A DNA stretch of 64,000 nucleotides, from positions 1 through 64,000 of the IMG/VR virus record IMGVR_UViG_3300046507_000773, one strand, 5' to 3'. A model generated the notes under the pieces. It did not search any database, was not told the DNA's origin, and was given only the letters and a program-made list of their open reading frames with translations. Positions 26,848-35,872 of the stretch are shown piece by piece. How positions within the stretch are numbered: the first letter of the stretch is position 1; the number at the start of each line of letters is the position of its first letter. The position numbers were made by a program, and so were the translations under genes.

Positions 26848-27129
26848 ATGAGAATGTCCAGGACTTGCCCGCACGTACAGATGAACATCACGGTCATCGA
26901 CAACGTTACCAAACTGCCGCTCGCAGATTCGTTTGATTGTCAGGTGGATGTGGAAATTCCGCCTTACGCTTACGGTCATCCGGTACTCAAGCGCGTGTAC
27001 ACGGAAGCAGCTGCGCAATTGATGTTCCTCACGAGGTTCATCAATCGAGGTAACGACGAGAACTTCAGGGACAAGGATTGGGGACTCGACATCAAGTACA
27101 CGGATATTCAGTATCCGGAAAGGAATTGA
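26848..27129 (+). CDS. Hypothetical protein
   Basis: 93 aa. Confidence 0.65.
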   Translation: MRMSRTCPHVQMNITVIDNVTKLPLADSFDCQVDVEIPPYAYGHPVLKRVYTEAAAQLMFLTRFINRGNDENFRDKDWGLDIKYTDIQYPERN

Positions 27130-27130
27130 A

Positions 27131-27748
27131 ATGGAGAAGAAAGATTTCCCGAAGCTGAGCGATATGCTCGAAGGAAGTCTCAAGGGTCGTGGCGAAGTCG
27201 AGCGCATCCACTTCGAAAGCACGCCGGGAAAGGGTGAAGGTCTGTGGCCGCCGCGCGTTTGGGGACATCCGGTGATTGTTGATTCGGGTCCGCTCCTGGA
27301 TATCAGCAATCTGATGCGTGTCCAGGAAATGCTCAACGGCGGTTTCCGTCGCGGGGACCTGTCAGTGATGGTCGCACATCACCGCCCTTTCAGAGAATCG
27401 AAGACTGACATGACTTCGTTCATGGCACTTTGCAGTCCTGATCCCGAACTGTTCATGGAACGTCTCATGGAGCAGCGCATGAAGGACGGCCTCTACGATT
27501 TCGAGCACTTTGACGAGAAGGGGTTCAAGGAATCGCTCGAGCGAATGATGGAACGCCTCAACGCAGGTGATACCAAAAACTTCATTACGATCGATTCGTT
27601 GGGCGAATTCGAACCAGGCGATGAAGTTACTGTTAGCTACCAGGCTATCGGTGGTAAGCGCCGCAAGAGCAAGAAAGACAAGAACGTCAGCAAGAAAAAG
27701 AAACTCAAGGCCAGCCGTTTGGCCAAGGGTTTGATCAGCAAACTCTGA
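27131..27748 (+). CDS. Hypothetical protein with a DnaB-like GGFRRGD motif and a basic tail
   Basis: MLNGGFRRGDLSVMVA resembles helicase MLQGGIRRGDEGVIGA. Confidence 0.75.
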   Translation: MEKKDFPKLSDMLEGSLKGRGEVERIHFESTPGKGEGLWPPRVWGHPVIVDSGPLLDISNLMRVQEMLNGGFRRGDLSVMVAHHRPFRESKTDMTSFMALCSPDPELFMERLMEQRMKDGLYDFEHFDEKGFKESLERMMERLNAGDTKNFITIDSLGEFEPGDEVTVSYQAIGGKRRKSKKDKNVSKKKKLKASRLAKGLISKL

Positions 27749-27760
27749 AAGGAATTCAGG

Positions 27761-28231
27761 ATGGAAAATCTCCAACCCATTAAAGTCGTGCTCGCTACCG
27801 CAGGTGTGCCGACAGCCGCTGGCCACATCTACACCCAAAAGGCTCTGGAAAACGTTGTCAAGGGCCAGAAGAAGTTCTACCACGGCGAAGACAAGACTGG
27901 TGGCTACAACCTCCAGGACAAGGCCAAGACGCCGGTCCAGGCCATTTTGAGTATGGGTGAAAAGGAAGAGAAGCTCGCCCAACTTCTGTCCATCAACATC
28001 GGTAATGTCACGCATCGCGTGAGCAATCTCGAGATGGACGGGAATAAGCTCGTGGGCAAGATCGAGTACTGCGGAGCAAAAGGCGACGATGTGATCCGCG
28101 CCATGCTGGACAACGAACAACGTCCCGTCTTCGGTATCCGGGCACTGTGCGACAAACAGCCCAACGGCGTGCTGAATAACATCAGCGTCATCTCTTTTGA
28201 TCTCGTCAACTTCGAGGATAAACATGCCTAG
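27761..28231 (+). CDS. Prohead-protease-fold protein (T4 gp21/phiKZ gp175-like), probably inactive
   Basis: INIGNVTHRVSNL.MDG..LVGKI, FGIRA, ISFDLV. The expected catalytic His and Ser are absent. Confidence 0.6.
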   Translation: MENLQPIKVVLATAGVPTAAGHIYTQKALENVVKGQKKFYHGEDKTGGYNLQDKAKTPVQAILSMGEKEEKLAQLLSINIGNVTHRVSNLEMDGNKLVGKIEYCGAKGDDVIRAMLDNEQRPVFGIRALCDKQPNGVLNNISVISFDLVNFEDKHA

Positions 28232-28457
28232 GGCCAATCTTCCCCAGCCCGACTACCTGGATCTGTGTCGCCTCCTAGGGCCATATCAGCCCATTGAACC
28301 TCTGGACAAGATCATGGAAGGTCCGGTCATGAGAGTGGTGGGCGTCGATCCGGGTAGCGATAGCTTTTCCATCACCGCAGTTTCTTACAACAGCAAAACG
28401 GGGACCGTGACCGACGTCACGAGCTTTACCGAAATCAAAAATAACGAAGGACAGTAA
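28224..28457 (+). CDS. Small protein with an RNase H/RuvC-like first strand
   Basis: MRVVGVDPGSDSFSITAV in a 77-aa ORF. Confidence 0.55.
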   Translation: MPRANLPQPDYLDLCRLLGPYQPIEPLDKIMEGPVMRVVGVDPGSDSFSITAVSYNSKTGTVTDVTSFTEIKNNEGQ

Positions 28458-28834
28458 TGTACCGCGACCGCTATAGCTACCATGACGATCAACCCAAGGT
28501 CGTCATGATTGAAAACGACGAACTGGGCGAAGCACGTTTCACGAAACTCAAGGAAGAGTTCAAGAACGTAAAGCTCACGCCTGAAATGCAACGTCGTTAC
28601 GACAACATCGTCACGGTGTTCTCGTACCGCCTCGACCTGTCCAAGCAGGCGAAGTTCCCGCGTCAGTTCCAAGGTGCCGCTCAGCGCCTGGAAAAGTTCA
28701 AGTCCGTCGCTTTCTTCATGGATGCTTTCCAAGCACTCCTGGACGAATCGAAGAAGGCAGCAGCCGATGAACTGGAACGCAAGCGCACGCAGCGCAAAGC
28801 GCGTGAAAGCAAACCACGTTCCTGGGGCTGGTAA
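28457..28834 (+). CDS. Hypothetical protein
   Basis: 125 aa, TAATG-coupled. Confidence 0.75.
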   Translation: MYRDRYSYHDDQPKVVMIENDELGEARFTKLKEEFKNVKLTPEMQRRYDNIVTVFSYRLDLSKQAKFPRQFQGAAQRLEKFKSVAFFMDAFQALLDESKKAAADELERKRTQRKARESKPRSWGW

Positions 28835-29253
28835 TGATCGTCCAAGGAGAAGCCTGCCTATCCAAAGAGATTCCCTTGACATTACTCGCTCAAGCCGAGT
28901 TGATGAACAAGGAGTTCGTGGGTTCGACAGATTACAAGGTCGAACCTTACGAGCACAAGGATCGCCGTCCGCACAGTGTCGAATGGCGTTTCAAAATCGT
29001 GCACAAGCTCACCGGAGAATGCTTGACTCGCAACCTGGTGCCTGAAGGGGCCGACGCACACACGTACATGCTTTTCATCCATGCGGCAAAGGAACATGGT
29101 AATCGCATGCATGACGAAGGTGAAGCAGATTGCCTGAACCTTCTGTACCAGCACTTCGCCAAGGTTTTGGCTATCAAGCCACACTTGCAGCTTCGGACCA
29201 AAGAACGTGCCATCGCGGAATTTAAGGCTGACAATCCGCACCTTTTCAAATAG
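28834..29253 (+). CDS. Hypothetical protein
   Basis: 139 aa, TAATG-coupled. Confidence 0.75.
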   Translation: MIVQGEACLSKEIPLTLLAQAELMNKEFVGSTDYKVEPYEHKDRRPHSVEWRFKIVHKLTGECLTRNLVPEGADAHTYMLFIHAAKEHGNRMHDEGEADCLNLLYQHFAKVLAIKPHLQLRTKERAIAEFKADNPHLFK

Positions 29254-29262
29254 GAGACAGTC

Positions 29263-29652
29263 ATGTTCATCAGTACGCCTGCAATTCAAAAGCTGAGGGA
29301 CGAATGCGAAAATCCGGAAATTGCCAAGTTCATTGGCGTTCCGGTTTGGTTCTTCACGCTGATCGACGGTAAGGGTGGGGTGGCAAGTGTCAATGCTGTC
29401 ATTACTCGCATCCAGCCTGGTGACGATCCCAACGGTGCTTTCACGGTGGACCTGGGGATCGATACCTCGGTCGAAGGTATCTACCTGGTGCTGACCGATC
29501 TCGTCGTCAAGAGCTTGGTCCTCGAGAATCGCAAGGATGGTGGCCCGATGGAGCGCTCTGCCCTTGCACTCGAAGCAGACCTCGAAGAAGTAAGTGACAT
29601 CATCAATGCCCCGCGCTATGGTGAACTGTCACTCGTACAGAAACCCGAATAA
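29263..29652 (+). CDS. Hypothetical protein
   Basis: 129 aa, AGGAG RBS. Confidence 0.75.
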   Translation: MFISTPAIQKLRDECENPEIAKFIGVPVWFFTLIDGKGGVASVNAVITRIQPGDDPNGAFTVDLGIDTSVEGIYLVLTDLVVKSLVLENRKDGGPMERSALALEADLEEVSDIINAPRYGELSLVQKPE

Positions 29653-29664
29653 CGAAGGAAAGCA

Positions 29665-30546
29665 ATGATTAAGAGCGATAAGTGGATCAAGTCCAAGTGC
29701 ATGTTGCCCTTGGCGGTTGCGCATTACATGGTGCGTGGTTCGGCCTTCGATGGTCCGTTCCGAAAGCACGAATTTATCTACGGCGATGCGACCACCGACA
29801 TCGACGCGGAGTTCGACAAAATCGTCAACCGTGTTTCGCAGGAGAACAACGTCATCAGCGGTTCGACGCAACTGGAATACGTTGGCGACATCCAGGTCAA
29901 CGACTTCCAGCCGATGATCGAACCTTTCGTGCCGACGCAAATCCGGACTGCTGGCCATGACCGACATGTCCGCATGCTGGCGATGCCGCGCAATACGCCG
30001 CAAGAAATGCTGGCCCGCACGCTCCTGGATTTCGATGGCGACGACGAATTCGAAAAGCGTAAGATCATCTCGCGTGGTCTGACGAGCTTCGGTTACGATG
30101 TGACGCTGGCTGAAGAAGCTGCAATCTTCACCAACGTCAACTGCGCCGTCATCGATCCGCTGAACTTTACGGAAGACACGCTGCAGCGCGTCATTGCGAA
30201 AGACGGCTACTTCCTCATGCCGCCCAACAGCTACCTGCTGGGTTACACGAAGGAGTACTTCCGCATGCCGCGTAATGTCATTGCCGTCGCGCTGGGCAAG
30301 TCGACTTACGCTCGTGCCGGCGCCATCGTGAACGTCACACCGATCGAACCGGGCTTTGAAGGTACCGTCGTCATCGAGATCGCCAACGCGACCAGCCTGC
30401 CGATGAAGGTCTACGCCAACCAGGGTATCGCACAGTTCCTCTTCTTCGAATCCGACGAAGACTGTGAAACCTCCTACGCTGACCGTAATGGTGGCGAAGG
30501 TGGCAAGTACCAGGGCCAACGCGGCCTGGTGACTCCGCGGGGCTAA
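29665..30546 (+). CDS. dcd: dCTP deaminase with two N-terminal insertions
   Basis: [61 protein letters not shown]. Confidence 0.92.
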   Translation: MIKSDKWIKSKCMLPLAVAHYMVRGSAFDGPFRKHEFIYGDATTDIDAEFDKIVNRVSQENNVISGSTQLEYVGDIQVNDFQPMIEPFVPTQIRTAGHDRHVRMLAMPRNTPQEMLARTLLDFDGDDEFEKRKIISRGLTSFGYDVTLAEEAAIFTNVNCAVIDPLNFTEDTLQRVIAKDGYFLMPPNSYLLGYTKEYFRMPRNVIAVALGKSTYARAGAIVNVTPIEPGFEGTVVIEIANATSLPMKVYANQGIAQFLFFESDEDCETSYADRNGGEGGKYQGQRGLVTPRG

Positions 30547-30547
30547 T

Positions 30548-30958
30548 GTGAAAGCGCTCAAGATTGCTCTTGAAGGCGTCGCTCTTAATGAACTGCGTGT
30601 CTCTCTTGAAGAGCTGGCCGAAGTTCACGAGGGTGGCGTCGTGGCGTTCGATCTGGACGGTACCCTGGCAGAGTACGATGGCTGGAAAGGCGAGATGCAT
30701 ATCGGAGCTCCAGTTCCGAAGATGGTCGCGCGCTGGAAAGAATATCGTGCCAAGGAAGTCGTCTGCGTGATCTTCACGGCACGTTGGTCGGACGATCCTG
30801 CGAAAGAAATGGCGATGAAGCAAATCCAGGCCTGGGCTCTCCAGAACCTGGACGAGATTCCGCCGATCACCAACGAGAAGACCCCGAACATCGTTCGCAT
30901 CTACGATGACCGGGCACGACAGGTTCTCGAAAACGAAGGCGTCGTAGTCGGCGAGTAA
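30548..30958 (+). CDS. HAD-superfamily phosphatase (PNK-phosphatase-like)
   Basis: AFDLDGTLA, IFTAR, TNEK, YDDRA. Confidence 0.85.
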   Translation: MKALKIALEGVALNELRVSLEELAEVHEGGVVAFDLDGTLAEYDGWKGEMHIGAPVPKMVARWKEYRAKEVVCVIFTARWSDDPAKEMAMKQIQAWALQNLDEIPPITNEKTPNIVRIYDDRARQVLENEGVVVGE

Positions 30959-31018
30959 GTAACCACGGGGAGTGCTGTTGGGCAGCGCTTCCCGTTTTAT
31001 GATGAAAGGAAAAGTAAC

Positions 31019-31285
31019 ATGAACATGCGTCCTGATCAAATCCAGGATTTCTTCAAGAATTTCCTGCGTCATTTGCAGTACGAAGGAGAATTGCCAACTG
31101 AGCTGCGTGAACAACTTCACGGCGCTACGCAGGTCGGACTGCTTACGTCTCCTACGCTCTTTGTCATCCGGTTTCTCGATAGTAATCATCATCCGGTGGC
31201 TTATCAGTACAAAATCCGCGATCCTAACACGCCCGCACCGGAAGTGGAACGTGCTCAGGGTAACTGGGAACTGGTGCCGGAATGA
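31019..31285 (+). CDS. Hypothetical protein
   Basis: 88 aa, GAAAGGA RBS. Confidence 0.7.
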   Translation: MNMRPDQIQDFFKNFLRHLQYEGELPTELREQLHGATQVGLLTSPTLFVIRFLDSNHHPVAYQYKIRDPNTPAPEVERAQGNWELVPE

Positions 31286-31467
31286 GTAACGGTTCTTTTA
31301 ATCGAGCAGAGCCTACTGCCACAGGTGGCGAGCTCAAGAAGTACCAGGGTGATTTATCTCCCAATACTGATCCCAACTACGACGCTGAAATGGAAACGAC
31401 CATGCAGCAAGCCGAGGCTCGTGGTGAATACAATCCGTGGAACAAAGGAGAAGAAAAAGATGACTGA
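31282..31467 (+). CDS. Small acidic hypothetical protein
   Basis: 61 aa, ATGA-coupled. Confidence 0.65.
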   Translation: MSNGSFNRAEPTATGGELKKYQGDLSPNTDPNYDAEMETTMQQAEARGEYNPWNKGEEKDD

Positions 31468-31897
31468 AGAAAAGAAACGTGAACGCCTGTATCTGCGTTC
31501 CAAGTCGATCAAGATTACTGCCGGGTCGGATTTCACGAAAACCGTTCTCGACGCAGCTTGCTACCTGACCAAGCAGCTGAACGATCTGTCCTCCATCACG
31601 GAGCAGCCCAGTATCGAAACCATGCGCGCAGCCATCATGCCGGCGTACACGATGATCGCTTCGCAGCTGGGCGACTTCCTGAACATCCCGGACATGACTG
31701 AAGCTCGCTTGACGGGCCTGTCGGTGGACATGAACCCGTGCTTGGGTACGTACAGCTTCGACGTGAACTACAAACTCGATAGCGGCAAGTACCAGCCCTA
31801 CAGCGTCAAGGTATCGTCGCCCGATGGCAACGTCTTCTTGCGTGTCCGTGAAGCAAAAGGCGTCGAGGCAGCTTTCGAATTCATGCAGCAGATCTAA
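31460..31897 (+). CDS. Hypothetical protein
   Basis: AAGGAG RBS before MTEEKKR. Confidence 0.75.
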   Translation: MTEEKKRERLYLRSKSIKITAGSDFTKTVLDAACYLTKQLNDLSSITEQPSIETMRAAIMPAYTMIASQLGDFLNIPDMTEARLTGLSVDMNPCLGTYSFDVNYKLDSGKYQPYSVKVSSPDGNVFLRVREAKGVEAAFEFMQQI

Positions 31898-31983
31898 TTT
31901 TTATCATGTTGCCGTATTAAATAGATAACGCCTTTGTCGCGTAGTGCACTCCAGTGGGGAGTGCCTTTTTTAGGAGAAGTGCC

Positions 31984-32730
31984 ATGAGTACCAACGTAAT
32001 TGCAACGATCCCTTTCCTCCAAGGTCAAATGGAGATCATTGATTTTCCGACGGACGTGAAGAAATTTGCGGAGTTTCCCGATGGTCGCTTCCTCGTGCTC
32101 GATGGCACCGGTCGCAACATGGGGCCTCAGCACTTTATCCGTATCGACACGTTAGCACACCACTCGACGGTATCGTCGCTTGCGGGTAAGAAAATCCTTG
32201 ATGCCAATATTCAGCTGCTGGCCTGGGTAAAAGACAAATACGGCTTCGAAGCTTCTATTGGAGGTAAGAGTTTGGAGCGTGCTTTAGTTCGCACGATCCA
32301 CCCAGCAAAAGCAAAGGGTCGTCCAAGCGTGCCCAATGCCATTTATGGCGTAAGTCGTCCGAATGCAGGTTCTATCATCGAAATGCGCATGCCGCGTGGT
32401 ATTTCGATGTTGGCATATGGCACCGGGGAACAAATCCCGGAGATCGAAGACACGAAAAAGAACTTTGTCGGTAATTTGAAGTTTGTAGGACGTAAGCAGC
32501 GTTTTCGTATCGGCCACAACAACCAATTTGATTGGTGTGATCAGATTCTTGCTCAACCTGGCGACAAGCTGGATGAACGAGTTGAAGAGGCTTCTCGCTA
32601 TCTCCCTACGCTCATTTCGCCGGCAGATACAATCAGTGAAATGCGCTACTATTTCGAACAAGCGTTCCCCTGGGCCGCAACCTTGTTGGGAGACATCACC
32701 ATCGATTCTCCCTTGACGCTTGTGAAGTAA
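31984..32730 (+). CDS. Hypothetical protein
   Basis: AGGAG RBS before MSTNV. Confidence 0.75.
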   Translation: MSTNVIATIPFLQGQMEIIDFPTDVKKFAEFPDGRFLVLDGTGRNMGPQHFIRIDTLAHHSTVSSLAGKKILDANIQLLAWVKDKYGFEASIGGKSLERALVRTIHPAKAKGRPSVPNAIYGVSRPNAGSIIEMRMPRGISMLAYGTGEQIPEIEDTKKNFVGNLKFVGRKQRFRIGHNNQFDWCDQILAQPGDKLDERVEEASRYLPTLISPADTISEMRYYFEQAFPWAATLLGDITIDSPLTLVK

Positions 32731-32748
32731 CCTTTACCGAAGGATATC

Positions 32749-33327
32749 ATGACTCCGCTTATTCCCATTTACAGTGACGAGAGCAAGAAGTTTTTCGTCG
32801 ATCCGGCTCTCCATAAGCCCTACGAGCGCCAGGTGTCGGGCGACATCAGCGTGACCACGAACTTCCTCAAGTTCGGCGAACGTTTCGACCTGATGGATAT
32901 CTCGAGCGCAACCGAGATGTTCGTGACCGGCATCCGTGACGTGACCGATACGATCGATCCGGCGGTGACACTGGAAAAGATCCTGGTGTCGTTCGGTGAC
33001 CTGGGTACTGCAATTTTCGATGTACGCAACCAAGTGTTCGCATCCATGCACTTTCCGCAGGGGGCCAGTTTCGATACCGTCAATCTCGATTTCAGTACCA
33101 CGAAGAAGTTCGAGAACATCGACATTATCCCGAACCCGCCGGTGGGTGACACGTTCCGCATCAAAGTCACGGGCCATGTGAACCTGCGGACTGGCGACAC
33201 GTTCCTGACGGCCATTCTGGAAGCGATGCCGGCCGGTGTGAATATTCCGCGACCCAGTCTCGAAGGGTACACCCTGCAAGCAAATGCGACCAACATCGCG
33301 CGTTTGGCGACGCCGCTGACTGCCTAG
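32749..33327 (+). CDS. Free-standing paralog of the central domain of the major capsid protein
   Basis: Aligns by eye end-to-end to MCP residues ~222-441 encoded at 46960-47619. Confidence 0.85.
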   Translation: MTPLIPIYSDESKKFFVDPALHKPYERQVSGDISVTTNFLKFGERFDLMDISSATEMFVTGIRDVTDTIDPAVTLEKILVSFGDLGTAIFDVRNQVFASMHFPQGASFDTVNLDFSTTKKFENIDIIPNPPVGDTFRIKVTGHVNLRTGDTFLTAILEAMPAGVNIPRPSLEGYTLQANATNIARLATPLTA

Positions 33328-33331
33328 TCGC

Positions 33332-33354
33332 AAGGGGGCTTCGGCCCCCGTTTA
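33332..33354 (+). terminator. Terminator-like hairpin
   Basis: GGGGGC-TTCG-GCCCCC followed by GTTTATGCCG. Confidence 0.75.
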
Positions 33355-33425
33355 TGCCGGGAAATTCTTGGCCCTTTTTACCTATGGCTGGTATCGAATG
33401 TAGTACCAACCAACAAGGAGAAAAC

Positions 33426-33875
33426 ATGAGTACTTACGACAATGGCTTGACTGTCATCGTCAAGGGCGGCACCGCTTCCGGCAAAACGACTGTGGCAGCT
33501 TTCATCGGGCAGAAACTGCAAGAAGCTGGCTTTTCTCACATCGAGTACGACTGGCAAGAACAGCTCGTTCCTGGTGCGATCGAAGACAAGCTGGAGTCGC
33601 TTGCCGCTCGTCGTTCTGACGACAAGTTCTTCCAGAAGCCGATTCGTATCATCGAAGAACAAGAGCATCGCCGGCCCGTTCACAATGAAGAAAAGTTCAG
33701 TGAATACACTTACGAGCCACTCGTGACGCCCTCGGATTATGCAGCCGAAGCCGTACTCGACAGTCTGCGCGCTCGTAAAGGCGTGGGCAGTGAACTCGAC
33801 GGATACGACCAGGAAACCCTGGGTAGCATCTGTAAGGACATCAAGGAGATTATCTCCGAGTCCATGGGCAAGTAA
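33426..33875 (+). CDS. Small P-loop (Walker A) protein related to the 57-59 kb family
   Basis: VIVKGGTASGKTTVAAFIGQKLQEAGFS. Confidence 0.75.
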   Translation: MSTYDNGLTVIVKGGTASGKTTVAAFIGQKLQEAGFSHIEYDWQEQLVPGAIEDKLESLAARRSDDKFFQKPIRIIEEQEHRRPVHNEEKFSEYTYEPLVTPSDYAAEAVLDSLRARKGVGSELDGYDQETLGSICKDIKEIISESMGK

Positions 33876-34035
33876 AGCAGCATAAGACGGGGGCCGAGTG
33901 CCCCCGCTTTCTGCCCGTAGTAAATACAAAAATATATCGACTACCCGAAGTATATTCAGTTCCTTAAAACAGATGTTTGAAACGTTCCAAGAGATCGTAG
34001 CTTAGTACCCACCATCTAGTCAAAAGGAGTGAGCA

Positions 34036-34422
34036 ATGAAGCTTCAGGGTGAAAGTGAATTAAAGAACGTTGAAGTTGTAAAACTCAATGAAGGAGAACA
34101 TTTTGCCGGGGTCGTACTCGGCAATGGAGAAGGACCCGATTACTACCTCGTGTTGCTACCGCATGAACTTCACGATGCCACGTGGGCAGATGCCTTAGAG
34201 TGGGCCGCAAGCTTCGAAGGAACGTTGCCCAATAGGCGCGAGCTTTCGCTTCTGAAAGCCAACTTGGCCGAAAAGTTCGAGCCCGTTCAGTACTGGTCTT
34301 CGGAGAAGAATGAGCACCGTAAGCGAGAAGTGTGGATACAGCACTTCCGCAACGGTAATCAAACTTCCTATGGCCAGTGCTTCCGTGGATCGGCGCGCGC
34401 TGTTCGCCGGGTGCTGATGTAA
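34036..34422 (+). CDS. DUF1566/Lcl-like domain protein
   Basis: W.DA..WA...G.LP.RREL.LL, YWSSE, W.Q.F..G.Q, ARAVRR. Confidence 0.85.
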   Translation: MKLQGESELKNVEVVKLNEGEHFAGVVLGNGEGPDYYLVLLPHELHDATWADALEWAASFEGTLPNRRELSLLKANLAEKFEPVQYWSSEKNEHRKREVWIQHFRNGNQTSYGQCFRGSARAVRRVLM

Positions 34423-34432
34423 TATCGGTACC

Positions 34433-34467
34433 AAAAAAGAGAGTTTGGGGATACTCTCTTTTTTTTT
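34433..34467 (+). terminator. Intrinsic (possibly bidirectional) terminator
   Basis: AAAAAAGAGAGT/ACTCTCTTTTTT stem. Confidence 0.8.
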
Positions 34468-34487
34468 GTTTGAAAGAATTTATAACG

Positions 34488-34497
34488 CCATATTACG
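34488..34497 (+). promoter_or_regulatory. Early-promoter-like motif CCATATTACG
   Basis: Contains TATTAC, preceded by AAGAATTT. Confidence 0.7.
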
Positions 34498-34555
34498 CGC
34501 TTGAGATGTAACCAATGTTTCTTCTATAAACCGCTTTTGATAGGAAATCAAAATC

Positions 34556-35872
34556 ATGAAACGTCCAGTTAAACGCAAGTCCCATTTCAAGATCAAAGTC
34601 ACGCGCCGTGACTTGGCTCGTGCAGAGCTGAAGAAGTTGACGCAATACATGCGCGCAAGCTTCCACTCCCCACAGGGTCTCAAGATGGGCATTATCGAGT
34701 CGATGACGATCTATCGTTCGAAGTCGGTGCGATCCCTGGCCAACATCAGCAACTTCGCAGGTTCGATGCGTGCTCGCCGCCGACTGATCGTTCGTGCGAA
34801 GATGCACAGTGCTGTTGTCGGTGAGACTCGCCCGCGTATCGATATCGCCCCCGTGACCGGTAGTCGCCGCCGCAAGAATCGTTCGGTGCTCAAGACGCGT
34901 CTCAAAGACCAGCAAACGATCATGACCAACATGAATACCGAGCTGGAAGCTGCACGCGAGCGACACCTCAAGCTTCCCAGGGGGTTTGGCGATATTGATA
35001 CCGAACTCTTCAGTGCTCCTATTTCACGCGGCTACGCCATTGACGTAGATACGATCGCGGCGCGCCAACAGGTCAAGAGTGAAATCAAAGACGGTACTCG
35101 TCCGATGCCGACGCCGGAAGAGATGGACGCGATGCAGCGTCGAGGTTCTCCTCACTTCAGTTTCCGCGGCGTGATCAACTCGATCAAGAATGATCCGTCA
35201 AGTATCTCCACCATGGAGCAGAATCTTCGTACTCGCAGAAAGGTGATCGAGAATCTGGACAAGGGCATGCCGCTGACCGAAGCGTATAAGGACGCTATCG
35301 GTGCCAATGGCAAGATTACCAGTATCGAAGAACCGGCAAAGGAATACAAGTACGGCGTAGAGCTGAACATGAACATGTCGGCGATGCCCCAGGTGCAGGA
35401 AGATGAGATCTTCATCAACCAGCGCCAGGCCGATACGCTCGGAGAAGTGAAGAAATCGCTCGAAGACAAGAACCCTCTTCCGATCACCCGCGGGCACTAT
35501 GGTGACCTGATGGCGGCATCGCAGTATCCGGGTATGAGGCGCATTGCTGACGAGCTCTTCAAGAACGGTGTCGAGTTCATCGAAGCTTCTGATCCACGCG
35601 CCAAGCTGGCCGACTACTCAGTGTGCTTCATGTACCCGCACACCATCACTGCTCTCGACATATCGAAAGACACGACGCAAAGCGAGATCGACAAGTTCAA
35701 ACCTTTTGACGATATCGCGAACTGGCCCAGTCTGGAGGACCAATTGCAGCAGTTGCGTCTGAACAGTCTGAAGCATCTCGATCCCCAAAACGTCGTCAAT
35801 AGCGTCCAAAAATGGATGGATGGCGACAACAATAAAGAGGAAGGAAATCCGAACAATGAAGACCAAGACTAA
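34556..35872 (+). CDS. Hypothetical protein with a very basic N-terminal third
   Basis: 438 aa. Confidence 0.8.
   Translation: MKRPVKRKSHFKIKVTRRDLARAELKKLTQYMRASFHSPQGLKMGIIESMTIYRSKSVRSLANISNFAGSMRARRRLIVRAKMHSAVVGETRPRIDIAPVTGSRRRKNRSVLKTRLKDQQTIMTNMNTELEAARERHLKLPRGFGDIDTELFSAPISRGYAIDVDTIAARQQVKSEIKDGTRPMPTPEEMDAMQRRGSPHFSFRGVINSIKNDPSSISTMEQNLRTRRKVIENLDKGMPLTEAYKDAIGANGKITSIEEPAKEYKYGVELNMNMSAMPQVQEDEIFINQRQADTLGEVKKSLEDKNPLPITRGHYGDLMAASQYPGMRRIADELFKNGVEFIEASDPRAKLADYSVCFMYPHTITALDISKDTTQSEIDKFKPFDDIANWPSLEDQLQQLRLNSLKHLDPQNVVNSVQKWMDGDNNKEEGNPNNEDQD

Noticed and set aside
34036-34422. DUF1566 gene as a novel element
   Set aside because: Small DUF1566 proteins are common in phages, and no partner or repeat was seen nearby.
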